A stretch of 64,000 nucleotides of DNA from Balanoglossus misakiensis (GCA_040954595.2 CM082582.2:9601483-9665482), one strand, 5' to 3'; positions 30,601 through 43,923 are shown, counted from the first letter of the stretch. A program made the numbers and translations. Notes: generated from the letters alone by a model not told the origin.

Positions 30601-32709
30601 TTATTTCAACAAGTTGTATTTCTGTCTTACAGGAATGACTGGACTTGAAGACAAACGTGAGTAAACGGCTTCATTAATTTCCATGTAGCCTAACGATGCT
30701 TTTAAAGGCCCATACTTCCCGATGAGGACAGGATATAGTTTGAATTTTCAGTCACACAGTCCAAGTTGACATTTGTTTGACTTTTCTTTTAGTTCTCCCG
30801 GGTACAGGGGAGTGCTACGTCGCAAAGAACGGCGCGGACTACCGCGGCACCGTCAGTAAGACCAAAAGTGGTCGCGACTGCCAGTCGTGGGCGTCACAAA
30901 CCCCGCACGAACACAAATACACGGACCCGTACGACGTGGCGCGGCACGGGCTCGGCGATCACAACCACTGCAGGAACCCAGACGGTCGCTCGAAGGCATG
31001 GTGCTACACGACAGATAGGAGGAAGAAACTGGAGACGTGCAAGATTGGGAAACCGAAAGAGCATTGTGCCGGTAATTGTAGAGTTAGGCGGCGTCTTCAT
31101 CTTTGCTTGGTGTCTGCTGTAGTTCGCGGTCCGCATGGAAAACTTGAAGACGTCGCCTATCTCTAAAGATAGTTTGATTGGTCATTTTACCATGATAGTG
31201 AAGATTAGTGAAATTTGCGCACCAGTGGGATTTTCCTGTTATATCCCACGATTCCGCACTTCATCGACATTCACGTGATATCTCTCTCTTCCAGTAACAG
31301 GAGCGGGTGCGCCGCCAAGGCCAACACCACAAATACCAAGTGGTATAGTAATAGACGATGGTGAGTTTTAACAATTGTCTTGCTTTTTTGTTCTACTTAT
31401 AGAGAATTTAACAAACAGACAAAAAGTTGGAAAGCTAGGTGCCCGGGTCTACCCTTATCGTTTCAGAAGCCAACGAGTGCTACGTGGACGAAAGGGCGAT
31501 CGACTATCGAGGCTCAGTGACCATGACTCGGGACGGCTCTCTTTGCCAGAAGTGGACAGACCAGTATCCCATCCCGCATCACTACACCCCAGAGAACTAC
31601 CCGTATAAAGGGCTGGGTGATCACAGTTACTGCCGCAACCCCAACGGGGATGAACGCGGCGCCTGGTGCGTAATCGCAACTCCGTACTTTAACACACGCG
31701 GGTTTATCTCGAATATACGTGGCTACTGCGACGTAGGGGAGCCGGCAACTTTATGCAACGGCAAGTAATGTCATTTTGTTACTTGATTGTTCAAATAGGA
31801 CAAGCTTACACTGTGATGACTACAGAATCAGAGAAATCATAATTCAAAATCACTTTCCGTGCATGGAAAAGATTTTTTTCTTTGATTAAAACCAATTTTG
31901 TCAACCTGTCCTTACAGACACGGCCGGTTGTGGCGTCGAGTTCAACTTTCACCGACCAGGAGGGGATATGAACGACGGCGAAGAGAGGGTTCTGAATCGA
32001 GACGAGTGCTGCAGTTTGTGCAGAACCACGCCGGGTTGCATAGCATGGACTTTCGACAAGAGACCAGGCAGGAGTTTTGGAAAATGTTGGCTGAAAGACA
32101 CTATATTAGATGGCATGGGAGACGATTGCTGCGATTCAGGCATATTGGAAGACGAATTAGGTGAGTCAGTTTTTAGCCTCCATTGACAAGTGGGTATCTA
32201 TGTTATATATCCTCAAATGCCACTTTTATAATTTTTGAAATTTTAATACAGGATGTTTTCCACAAGAGAACAAAACTGCCCCCGGTCTGATGACGACTTC
32301 CAGCGACGGGAACAACGTCGAACGGTACAAGGTTGCGACTCCCCTGGCCTGCTGCAATGCATGTTGGCAAAGTCGCCACTGCTTGTCTTGGACGTTTGAC
32401 AAGAGTGAGGGCGCTAATCAAGACGTCAACTGCTGGTTGCGGAGTTCAATAGACTCGACGGAGTTGGTGGAGGACGACTGCTGTGTGTCCGGTTTTCTTG
32501 GCAAGTTTTACACAAAAAACATAACTTTAAAAGCATAGCAAACCCGACATTATCTTGCACATTTTAATTTTGGTCAACTTAAACCTGATTACACTTACTT
32601 GTCTATGGCACCAGAATAAAGTTCATCAGTACTAAAGCGCCTAGATTTTGCTCACTAAACTGTTCTTGCATGGATTTTTTGTGTTCCAGGTCAGGCCAGA
32701 GTCAACTAG
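27688..32709 (+). CDS. Astacin-family (M12A) zinc metalloprotease with 2 kringle and 2 PAN/Apple domains, ~663 aa
   Basis: Fifteen phase-consistent exons: 27688-27741, 28263-28287, 28438-28509, 29354-29436, 29534-29618, 29740-29857, 30002-30180, 30282-30500, 30633-30656, 30793-31071, 31295-31342, 31467-31760, 31918-32160, 32252-32500, 32690-32709. Signal peptide, pro-region LVEGDI, HELLHTLGLYHEQSRTDRD zinc motif, SIMHY Met-turn, kringles (YRG..CQ.W..CRNP..WC), PAN (CC..C....GC.AWTF..CWLK). Confidence 0.92.
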
Positions 32710-33007
32710 TCCTATATACAAGCCAAGTTACAAGGAAGATCAGTACAAGTCATGATTGCCATTTCTCAGTGAATGTGCGACTTACTACATAGTTATAGCA
32801 ACTCACGTAAAAAAGAAAGAAATTGTTCAGTCGATATTTTAGAGGAAGACCTAATGCAACTATATTCAAATTCAATTTTTTAGACTTTGAGAACTTTCAT
32901 AAACATTTGTATTTCTTTGTCAAGACTGTAGTTCTTTTTTTATCCCAAATTCATCATGCACTATTAAATACCATATTTGTAATTCATCCTGTGATGCAAA
33001 GTTCCAC

Positions 33008-36000
33008 TCAGGACTTTTGAAGCTTACTGAGCAGAATTTCATTTTTTCGACATTCCTGTAAGAGATACAAGAAAAGAATCATCAGTTTCTGCAAGAACTA
33101 ACTCACACTAGCATAAGCAATCTCTTGGATAAGGCATTTGTATTTTGATTGCCTTAAAATACATGGCAACTGCGTATTTTATCATCAAATTGAACTTACC
33201 TCTTTGAAATCTTTGACAGTCTTGAAGTAGAGTCTCTGTTTATCGATTAAATCTAGATAAGTATCATTCAGATGATCACGTCTCATCTTTTCCTCTTGTT
33301 TTTTCTTCTCAACCTGAACAGAAATTCGTAATTACTTTTTATGAGCAGTTGTAATAGTTCTGCAGGACACACAAAACACATTTTTTTTTATCACAGGTTC
33401 AATTTTTGTAACGCTACCAAAAGATATAAGATCTCACCTTGGTTTTGTTGGTCTTGATGCCCTCAACAATCTGTTCAAACTGTTTCAAGAACTGATCTTT
33501 GGTCGACATGGACGACATGGCCCTGCAAGACACACAGACACATTCAAGGGTCAAATCAAGGTTATACATGGCGCTATATAAATCATATAGATCTTAAGTG
33601 ACACACAATTTGCATTATTCATTGTTGGCACTTACTGAGAGAAGTTGTCATGGATCGAGTTGAGTAGATTGACTTCTTTCTCCAAATACAACTTTGTATC
33701 ATCCAGCGTGTTGTAGAGTGTGTAGAATTGCTTGGTTTCAGTGTGGGTCGCACCAACTGAGGGAGGCAGGACAAAGTGGAATTAAATTGTGAATAAAAGT
33801 GAATTAAATATAATATTAAAATTGCTGGCTTGAACCCCAGGCAAAATTTCACCCAAAGACAAGTACAAATCAAATGTCACTTGAGCTGTCCATGGGATGA
33901 ACACCAACCTTGATTGTAAAGCTCTACGAATCTTCTCTGGTACTGACTCAGTTCGGCTCGGGACGGCACCTCGTCGATCTTCCTCTGGAGAACCGAAATC
34001 TCGCGATTCTTGCGCGCCTGGGGAAAGATGACATCATGAGAGTGTGTCTCCAAGGGGTCAATGCCCAGTGAAAGGCAAGTGTGATTCAATGACTCGATAA
34101 CACAGTCTACATTTTCCTCTTGTGAACCCATTCCATCATTTGTCACTCACCAACAAGAGTCTGATCTTCTGCAGTTTCTCCTTATCAGCCTGGTATTGCT
34201 TTGCAATCAGCTGACTTCGCTCGTCCTCCTCCCCCTCATCTCCCACGTCGCCTTTCAGTTCGGCGATTTGTTGCTGAAGTCTGGCCAGTTCTTCCTGCAG
34301 AGGGAGGCAAACTAGATGTAATTATCACCAAGGGACTTCAACCCAACCTTCTATATCATCTGTAGTCCTTACTTATCCTGTGTTATAATAAGTGTAGAAT
34401 ATTAATTCCCTCTTTCTTACTCTGCCACATGTGGTCCTTACCTTACAGTGAGCCCGGAACTCTTGCTCTTGTTTCTTCAGATTTTCGTTCATGGCAACCA
34501 GCGATCTCAGTGCTTGCAGTATTCTGAAAAGAAATGCCACTGAATGAACCTTTTCGTATTGTTTTTAAAGGAGTATGTCGCAATCTGGCTGGAACACAGG
34601 TTCACAATCCAAGCTCACAAGAGGATACTCGAAAGAATGGGTGTTTTGTAAAGCTAAGATTCACTTACTCTGAATTTTCGTCGGTTTCGATTTCTTCCAA
34701 CTTGGCCATTTCTTCATCAACTTTGGCACAAGTCAGTTTAATCTAGCAAACAAATGTTATACCTGTGATAAGTCAAGGATTCTACAGCGAAACCATTGAT
34801 GAATGCTTCTGTGTAAGAGTTTCTGAGAATCGGATAATTCATCAAAACTTTCAAGAAAATCTGACCATCATTTACCATGTCAATAACGTAAAAAAAAAGT
34901 GGAGATAAAGTTGTCCACACACTCACCTCTTCCATTCTCTTCTGTGTGTCTTGATAACTTTGTTGAAGCTTTTCATGATTGACTTTCACCTGTTAAGGAT
35001 TATCAAAGTACCGGTAAACGACAGCGGTCGGTCAATCAATTAGCAGTGGCCTTGATGATATTGCTTTGAATGAACTTCGTGCTTGTTCCCCTAGCTTCAT
35101 TTGCCTATCTCATGTGACATTTGTAATGAGTATGCATATACTCTTCATTTTTGTTGGCAAACTCACCTCCTCAAATTTCTTTTCCTGAACCAGAATTTGT
35201 TTGTTGAGAGATGCCATTTGCCTCTTATGGACTTGGGCTCCGGTCAGACGTTCTGGTCTCTCTTCTGTGCTCAGTTCTTGTTGCTGGAGAAGAATTTGCA
35301 ATCATTTGTGATGAATTTATTTTGACAAACAAATAGGCCCATCAAGTTACTACAAATCTACCAGAATAAATTTCAGTGGTTTTACTGAGTTCTTCATTAC
35401 CTTGTCAGCATAGTGTGAGGCTATCTGTTGGATCTCTTCAGATTGCAAACCAACAATGGATCCCACTGCACTGGCAGTGATCTGACTCTGCAAAAGAATC
35501 GAGACAATACGCCAATCAGTCACAAATACAGACAGACAAAAATACAGGCAAGCACGAAATGTACAATTTGCTGTGAACTTCAACATGGTTTGCTGTTTTT
35601 TCCACCCACCTCTTCTGTGACTGACATTCCTTTCATCAGATCCTTGATTCGCTTTTCGTCCACGGCACTCGTCGCTTCTTCCACATCTTTTCCTCCTCTC
35701 ATGACGCCGGCTACGGCCTTCTTCTTGTCGTCTTGTTCATCCTTGACTGACTTGGACGGCTGTGCCACGCCAAATTTCCTGAGGACATCGAGTGGGAAAG
35801 GTATTTAGCTGAGAAATGGACAGTGGAGTTTTCAAAGTCTTAGGGGGTCACACTGTTTACTTCTGTACCGCATGTTTACCTGCCAGTCTCTTTATGGACT
35901 AATCAATGATTTGGGGAGTCGAACGTTCTCTTTGTGTCAACAAATTCCCTTTGAAAGTGTCCAGCGTTATAATATACCTGTGATGATCAATTTCCTCCAC

Positions 36001-37549
36001 AACATCAAATAATTATACATTAACTCAGCAATCTCTTGCTAGAAACATACTTTCCATATTCCAACAGCGTGGAATGAATTCTCATCTCTTCATCGTGACT
36101 TTTTAAACCATGAGCTCGACGGTAGCGACGCTTGGGTTTGTAGGATTCCTTGATGTTCTTCACAGAGTCAAAACAATCCCCTTTTCTTTCTTCAAACTCT
36201 TCATCCTTACATTGTGAATTATAAAAATATATATGAATTATGAGCAATTTTACAGACTTTTTTTGAAGTAAAAATTGATGCTATAAATCAGTACAATTAA
36301 ACAATTGTAACAAATTGAATTTTTTGTTTGTGATTACCTGTGGTGTACTGTGGTTTTTGTTGAACTGAGACACCGAGAACGCACGGTTGTAATCGCCAAG
36401 TTCTTCTCTGGTTTCAATAGCTTTCTTCACCAGCCACTGCATGAAGAACAATATCAACAGTGTAAAGTCACTGTATAAATATTGCAATATGAACCCATCC
36501 ACTGAAATGTACTTGGCCAAAATCAATGTGGACTTTCTTGGCTGACCATTGACCTCAGTTTGCAGTCAAAGGTCATTCAATGAACGTATACATACCTGTA
36601 CAGTTGGATAGATGTGAATGAAATCGAGACCTTGAATCTGATGTGGCTCCAAACGATGTGGACATTTCATCCGTGGCAACACACGAACAATCTTTTCTGT
36701 CAGTGCTCTGAAACGAAAAAAACAATGATTACAGTATTTCAATATCTGGAGACACGTATTATACTGTAAAATGTACTTATTGTCACCACAAACCACTTGA
36801 GTAACTTTGAATATTTTTCTTACATCTTTTGGCCAATGGTTGAATTCTCCTGAAACAACAAGTCAACGTCCACATCGAAGTTGCAAGTCGTGATGCACCA
36901 TGTCATGCCACCAACCACCTACAAATAAAACAGACACAATGAGAAATGCAGCTTCAACTCAGTAGAGTCACCAGAATGATGAGCCAAGACAGTGATAATG
37001 TTGAAACAGTTACCTTGTCAAAGGGCGAGAGTCCTTTGATACGAGCCCTGAAGTAACCGGCTGCGAGCAGCAGTTCAATGGTTTCTTGTAACTTGATGTG
37101 CTGCTCCTCATCTTCACGAACTTCGGCCTGTGAGTGAGACAAAATGTTGAAACATCAACTGGCCTATTTCATTGGATACTAATTTATGTGAGATACTGAT
37201 AAGTGTCAACACTTCCCCCTGAATGATGTAACAAGGTCCATGGCTGATCATGCATGCGGGTACGGGTGGGCGTTGGCAAGGGTGGGCGTGGCTGTCACGG
37301 ACTGTCACTTGGGTACATCATCAACGCCAACATAGAATGCTGCCGAGTTTGTGCTTTATGCATCTGCAAGTTCCCTTTCAGAGTAAGCAAATGGATCTTT
37401 AGTATGCGGGGCATATTCAAACGCCAGGAAATGAAACCACCCTTCCCCATGTTAATGTTCGGGATAGATTGACTCTGTCTGTGTGTACAGTTGGCGAGAT
37501 CTGTTTGTTTACATTGGTTAAAACTCACCTGTGATGGCGGGGCATCCAT
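33008..37549 (-). CDS. CCDC93: Coiled-coil domain-containing protein 93 (CCC/Commander complex subunit)
   Basis: About 18 exons. MDAPPSQ|[101 protein letters not shown]-terminal [15 protein letters not shown]. Confidence 0.96.
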
Positions 37550-38086
37550 TTGTATCAAACTGGTTGTTGGACTGTCTTTAAAATGCTTTAAAACGGCATA
37601 AACTGGTTCCAGCACCGCCTCTTTCCTAATTTTACTGCAGCTGTATCCGTCACGAGTGAAGCTCGAACTTTGACCTCTAAAAGCGCGCCCTCACCGGATC
37701 GATTCACATTTGCCTAGATTCTCTTGTTCATGTTTCAAACTCGATGGATTTTATTATATTTTCCAGAGATAGTTTCGATATTCCTGCTTCAATTCTGTAT
37801 GTGAAGGATAAACCGGTATATAACAGATCTAAGGAAAATTTTGACAGCATTTAACATATAAAAAATAATCACAAGTTTCTGCTTTTTGTTTTTATTTTAT
37901 TCTCAAAATAACTCGAAAAGATTTCATGAAAACCAATACTCCATGGAACATAAATCAGTGACTGGTGTTACACTACATTACATTCATTTCGCTTTCCACC
38001 AAAGTCCCAAATGCAAAAAGCCTGGCTCCTACAAAATCCATTAGCAAAATCATGCAGCTGCTCAGTGTTCTAGCTAATGACCAGTC

Positions 38087-40688
38087 CTAACTGAAAAAGT
38101 CCACATCTTCCATTCCATCCGGCATGTAAACCTGCTGCTTCCTGGGGTCGTATCCCTTGCCGTATCCCAAGTCTTTCATCAGTCTGGTCGGAGCATTCCG
38201 GAGGTGTAAGGGCACACCTGGCAACGGTCCCTCGTGGTTGTCAATGGACGCCTTGGCTTTCTCAAGTGCGGCGTACACTTCGTGTGATTTCGGGGCTTTT
38301 GCTAAATACACAGCACACTGTGCCAAGAAAACCTACGAAAATTAGAAAATAAAAAAAGTTAATATATATATTTTATTACACTATTTAGGCACATATGCAA
38401 TTACTAATAATATACTCACATCGCATTCTGGCATTCCAACAAACTGACACGCTTGGAAGGCCGATACTGCCACACCAAGGGCTTGTGGGTCTCCTAAACC
38501 TGAAATGACAAAATACAGAGAGTGGTCAGAGTTACCAAGAAACCACATCAGATCACCACCACCACCACCAACACATCAAATGCTTTCATGGCCAGATAAT
38601 GGCACAGTATGACTTACATACCAATATCTTCACTAGCAGTTCTTACGAGTCGTCTGGCAATATACAGTGGATCTTCACCACCTTTCAACATCCTGGTCAC
38701 CCAGTACAGTGCTGCGTTCGCATCCGAACCTCGGATTGATTTCTGCATCGCAGATATGCAATTGTAATGTTCTTCTCCTGCAAGGAATCAAGTTAGAGAC
38801 ATTTCAAAAGATACTTGCATGTGAAGTGCATACTTTTAAGTGTTCATTTCACAGCCAATATGATGCACTACTGCCTTAACATCCTCATGAGAAAATGTTT
38901 CCTCATAAAGTGCTCACAAAGTCTTGAACTTCAATTCTTTTTCTTACCTGCCCTGTCATAGAGGATGTACGATCTTTGCAACCCTTCTTTGATGTGATTC
39001 AGTCCAACGACAACCACCTTATTGGACACACCATCGGTTGAATCATCAGTTGTGTCTGACCAATCAGAATTGTCGTGTGATTGGTCATGGCCACTGCCTT
39101 GGGACATCTGGTGAGAGGCTGTCTGTGATTGGACAGCAATCTGCAGACTGTTGAGAGCAGACCGGGCATCGCCATCACACAAATGGGCAAGTGTTGTGAT
39201 GGCATACTTCTCGATATAAAATTCTACCCTGTAAAAATGTGTAAAAATGCTTCCAATTATCAATTTTTTTTAACTGGTCTGTGGATTTTTCATCTTCATA
39301 TATTGTATTGTTTCATGGAGGGTTATATCACAGAATTTCTGATCAAAAACTGACCTGTCGCCATCGTCACCACCATTCAACATACTTCCGGGGTCCTCCC
39401 CCTGTTCCAGTACTCTTCCGTGCAACGATTCCACCGCCCTCTCCAGGATACCCTGCACGTTTTCCACCGACAGTTTTTCCAGGACCACAACCCGGCATCG
39501 GCTCAGCAGCGCCGTGTTCACCTGGAAGGAAGGGTTCTCCGTGGTTGCCCCTATCAACGTGATGGTGCCACTTTCCACATGTGGTAGGAATGTATCCTGG
39601 AAATAATCAGGGAATACATTTTTGATCAGACACGCAGGAAATCTCACTTTGGTCAAGGGCAGTATTTTGCTTTATCCATGAAATTAATGTTGTGAAACAT
39701 TCGCACTTTGTAAAACTTTTTTTTCTTACCTGCTGTAATTTATTAAATCTGTGGATTTCATCAATAAAGAGAACGGTCTTCTTCTTCAACATGGTTTGTT
39801 CATTCTTGGCAATCTTGATGACTCCTTTGACTTCAGCAATGTTACTGGTTGTGGCTGACAGCTGAACGAACCTCAGTCTGTTATTGCATTTCTCTTTGAT
39901 GTTCTTTGCCACTATCCTGGCCAAAGTTGTCTGTGAAATATTGGGTGAACAAACTAAGAAATTAACACTTCAGTTGATTGGGGGGGGGGGGGAGAGAAGA
40001 CATGAACTTGTGAAAACAACTCATGTCTGTAAATGTAGAGGAGTGAAATTGACATTGATATACACACCTTACCACACCCTGGTGGTCCCCACAGAATCAT
40101 GGACGGGATTTCATTTGCCAGCAACAGAGATCTGAGCAAGGTGTTCGTACCGACAGCTTTCTCCTGGCCAAGATATTCACTCAACGATGATGGTCTCATC
40201 TGTTCGGCTAAAGGTGCAAACTTCATCCCTTCTCCTCGCCCCGGTTGTTTCGGAGCAGACACCGCACTCGAGTTATCTGCATCACCCGTTCCCTTGTCGG
40301 TCCGACCTCCAAAGAACGGGTGGGTCGGCCGTCGAGTTGCTGTGCTTTGATTCCCGTGTTTAACGACGTTTCTATTACCTGTTGGTGATGATCTCTTGCT
40401 CGTCGGAGTTGGACTTACCGCTAGTGATCCCCAAGCCTCGAGTTTCTTACCTCTACTGGTTGGAGTAAGGGCTGCTTTGGAATCGGCCGACTCCGAGCCA
40501 ACTTTGGGTCTTTTCTTGGCCGGTAGGTCGTCATCGTCAGTGATCCTACTCCTTTGCTGCTTCTCCACCTGCTCGAGACTATTCTCTGATTTCTCTAAAC
40601 ATCTCTCTACGTGTAGATTTATCGTCGCAAGTGAATGTTCCTGTCCGCAAATGGGACATTGCATTTTCCGTGATTTCTGGTCGGCCAT
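38087..40688 (-). CDS. WRNIP1: ATPase WRNIP1 (Mgs1/RarA family AAA+ with N-terminal UBZ zinc finger)
   Basis: Seven exons. [26 protein letters not shown], Walker [13 protein letters not shown], Walker [49 protein letters not shown]. Confidence 0.96.
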
Positions 40689-40690
40689 TT

Positions 40691-40733
40691 TGACCCCGCC
40701 CACTTTTCGCGGCACAAAAAGTGGGCGTGGTCA
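40691..40733. promoter_or_regulatory. 17-bp inverted repeat of GC boxes around an E2F-like core, immediately 5' of the WRNIP1 ATG
   Basis: tgaccccgcccactttt - cgcggcaca - aaaagtgggcgtggtca (1 mismatch). TTTTCGCGG spans stem and loop. A YY1-like CAAAATGGCCG overlaps the ATG on the minus strand. Confidence 0.55.
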
Positions 40734-40742
40734 CCACTGCAA

Positions 40743-40888
40743 TGAGACATGACGAGAGAAGTCCTGAGTGGATATGGGGGCATTTGAAATGAATTTCGAA
40801 TTTTGCTTGGGAGTTGAGACATGACGAGAGAAGTCCTGAGTGGATATGGGGGCATTTGAAATGAATTTCGAATTTTGCTTGGGAGTTG
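40743..40888. repeat. Perfect 72-bp tandem duplication upstream of WRNIP1
   Basis: Unit tgagacatgacgagagaagtcc...ttttgcttgggagt starts at 40743 and again at 40815, with identical copies. Confidence 0.95.
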
Positions 40889-41427
40889 GTCAAGCAGTGA
40901 AAAGTCATGAACAAACACTGGCCGTTGGTTAGGAAACTAATACACACTGGCACTGTGACTACTGATACGTTAAGCAGTTCGGGACTTCAGATCCTTTCCC
41001 CAAATGCTTTGAGTCACTAAAACAGACACAACCATACGTTACTACATCTTTTCCATGATTCCTGACTGCCTAATGTATGGCACACATGAATTCTTTGATC
41101 AGAAATATCATTTATTTTAATATCATGCAGTAATTCATGCACATTAGGAAATACAATTCTCAATTTATATCTAGGAAATCATAATTACATGGCATTTACG
41201 TAAAAGCATAAAAATGTTCAGCATGTAATCCCTACAGCTATATGTATGGGATTATTTCTGAGCCAACACAGCAGCACTTTTTAAGTTACTGTAAAATCTC
41301 TTGCACTCCTTTTGCATTGAAACCCTTCTACAAAACCCTTTCCATATCAGTCCACACTTCTCAATTAACAGACATCAAATGTCCCTACATCAGACTCTGG
41401 ATTTTTAATATCCAACTTCTAAACATT

Positions 41428-42925
41428 TCACGGCTGTTTCCGTTTCTCCAAGGTCTTGCGCGATCTCTCTCTCATATCAGACATGGATTCCTTCAAACCC
41501 TCTCTGAAAGTTTGATCTTTGGGGGGAGCAGCCGCCATGTGTCCTTTGTTGCGAAGGTATCGCACCATGTACGTGGTTCCTCCCAGCGTGACTGTGTACC
41601 TGGCAGGAGTTGCAATCTTGTACATGGCATAGGCAATCAGAAGGCCACTGGCTGTCGGGGTGTTTATCGTGGCGATGATGGACTCGCCCACTCCCAGGTG
41701 GGTCAGGAACTTCTCAATGATTGGCACCATATCAAACCCACTGTCAACGAAGAAAAAGAACAAAAAAGTAGTTGTAATTACAGTATTTTCCAATACCCAC
41801 AATGCTGTAATCATACTGCTGTTTCGTATCCTACATATAAGTTCAAAAGCATACTGAAGTGTGACAGGTTCCACCGATCCTTACCTGTGCGTCACCGTGA
41901 AATAGAAGGTGCTATACCACACAGTGGACGTGACCAGATGCACGGGTATCATCACCTTGCCGTACTGCTTCAGCAAAATCTTGTACCTCTGCCAAATGCT
42001 CATTTTCTGCAGTTCCTCACTGTCTATGTCCATAATCTCTTCAGCATCAGCACCCTCCTCCGCCTTGACAGCATCCTCTTTTTCAGTTTCCGTTTTCTCG
42101 GCGTCGCTTCTGTTTTGTTCATGTTCGTGTTCTTTGAGCTTGGATTCCGATTGTGCGCTGAAATGCCTGGTCTGTACGGCAGATGGGTTCAGAGGATGAT
42201 TAGGGTTAAGACTGTTCCACTTGATTCCACATCTCGGCTGTGTGAACTGATCCAGTGTCCGTTGTCGGGGTTCATAATTTCGGTCGTGGACTGAGTTGAG
42301 TTTTGAAGAGAAAGTGATGTAGCCGCATCTCCTTGTGCTGACACCTATGAAATGAGAAAAGAACGAAAATTATTGTTTATATTCCTGATAATGGTGTACT
42401 GGGATTTAGGCCTGAGATGGTTGCATAATATACTGAGATCCCTCCAAGGCTTTTGCAGTGACATATGATAAGTAATACTTCAGTAACAACCATACTAGCC
42501 GAGAAAAAAAATAAGACAAGGCGATTTGATAAATGAAATCTCTACATGATCCGTACATATCAAATTAAGATGCGCTTAGGGCACACCGGAAACCACCCCG
42601 TCCAATGAATGAAACATCTCGTGGCTCGTGTACTCGATGCACTTTGAATGCAACTGATGACCTGATACAAGCAAAGACCATGGAGGTAGAAGATATTCTA
42701 TTGGTACAAGTTGTAATCGCTCACATCAAAAACACACCACTAGGGTCCACTGACACACCCAGGCCACACAAATTGAACAGTCCCTGATAGGACTGTCAAG
42801 GTGAAATCACAGTCGATTGCAATAACATTGTATTTTTGTTTACCTGGGGAAAATGTGAATAACTGCGTGTTCGTCGAAGGCCTGGTCACATTCGCAGCGA
42901 GTCTGCGAAAAACCACGTTTGCCAT
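41428..42925 (-). CDS. FAM210A: Mitochondrial protein FAM210A-like (DUF1279), ~284 aa
   Basis: Exons 42844-42925, 41885-42344, 41428-41740 (855 nt, in frame). Arg-rich presequence ending VQTRHFS, QRYKILLKQYGKVMIPVHLVTS.VW, AYAMYKIATPARYTVTLGGT. Confidence 0.92.
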
Positions 42926-43440
42926 GACTGCAACGGAATTTTCGATTTATATCACGCCTGTCTCTGTCCGACATCTAATTGCTACCGGGAAATGACTGCT
43001 TTCATCGTGGTTGTTAGTCGGAAAGTGATGAAATGTATAAGAACAGTTGCAGATTTTCGCACACGTGAGAATCTCGATTTACGAAATGGCGAAATTTACA
43101 TATCGTGCGCAGACGTGATAAGTAGACAGTCGCACACTTGGACCCTTTAACTAAGTAATGTAATATGTTTCAGATAAATATGCATTATTATAAACGAACA
43201 TTTTTTTCAATGTGTTATTAAGTAAATAATAGTACGAAAATAATACAACTGACCACATTTTGTAAAATGTTCTCAAAAGAAGTCCATAAAGTCACAATAT
43301 CTCTTTCGCAGCCATCTTACTTATATTTCTCCTGGTTAAGGGGTTTCAAACATAGCAACATCCAAAATGGCGGTGGTGATGATCATTTCCTTCCGCAGTG
43401 GTTCATAACTTGAGAAGACCTGTAGTAGATATTTAGGTAT
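42926..43440. promoter_or_regulatory. Bidirectional promoter FAM210A / C20orf96
   Basis: Head-to-head genes, local CpG enrichment, YY1-like CAAAATGGCGG at ~43363, and a 5'UTR donor at ~43437. Confidence 0.55.
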
Positions 43441-43923
43441 GATAGCTTACAATTTACAGCGAGATGTGCACAGTCGGTCTCGTTACATTTTATTTTAAAC
43501 GATATACTGTCAGTGTGGATGAAAATAGTCATCGTATTGTAGATCGATCCTTACCAAGACAACTGTACGATTTGCTACAATGTAACGTTATTGTACATAC
43601 ATGTATATGTGACATTTGACTTTTTTAATACTGTTAAGTTCTGTATAGTCTTTTTGAATGTGTTATAATACTTACTTACAGATCATTATTCAGTTTGCTA
43701 CAAACCTATCACAATTGTCATAATCATCGTTCAGTGGAAATAGAAGTTGACAACTGAACATTGTAAACATCAAAATACACATATGTCCCCTCTTAACCTC
43801 AGGTGACTGTTCCAAGAATATGATTAACTAAGAATGACACATCCTTTAATGGGCAAATCATCAAATTCTGCAGTTTTTCATAATCATTAGACTCAATTCT
43901 GTGAATTCCACAGTGGTGCAGCA

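Noticed and set aside
40743-40888. Direct repeat as a possible CRISPR array or LTR pair
   Set aside because: Only two abutting copies with no spacers, and the context is eukaryotic.
42195-42210. Suspected frameshift in FAM210A exon 2
   Set aside because: Re-reading the bases shows an open frame (SLNPNHPLNPSAVQTRHFS).
41242-42294. 350-aa plus-strand ORF, the longest in the track
   Set aside because: Antisense shadow of FAM210A exons with no recognisable domain.
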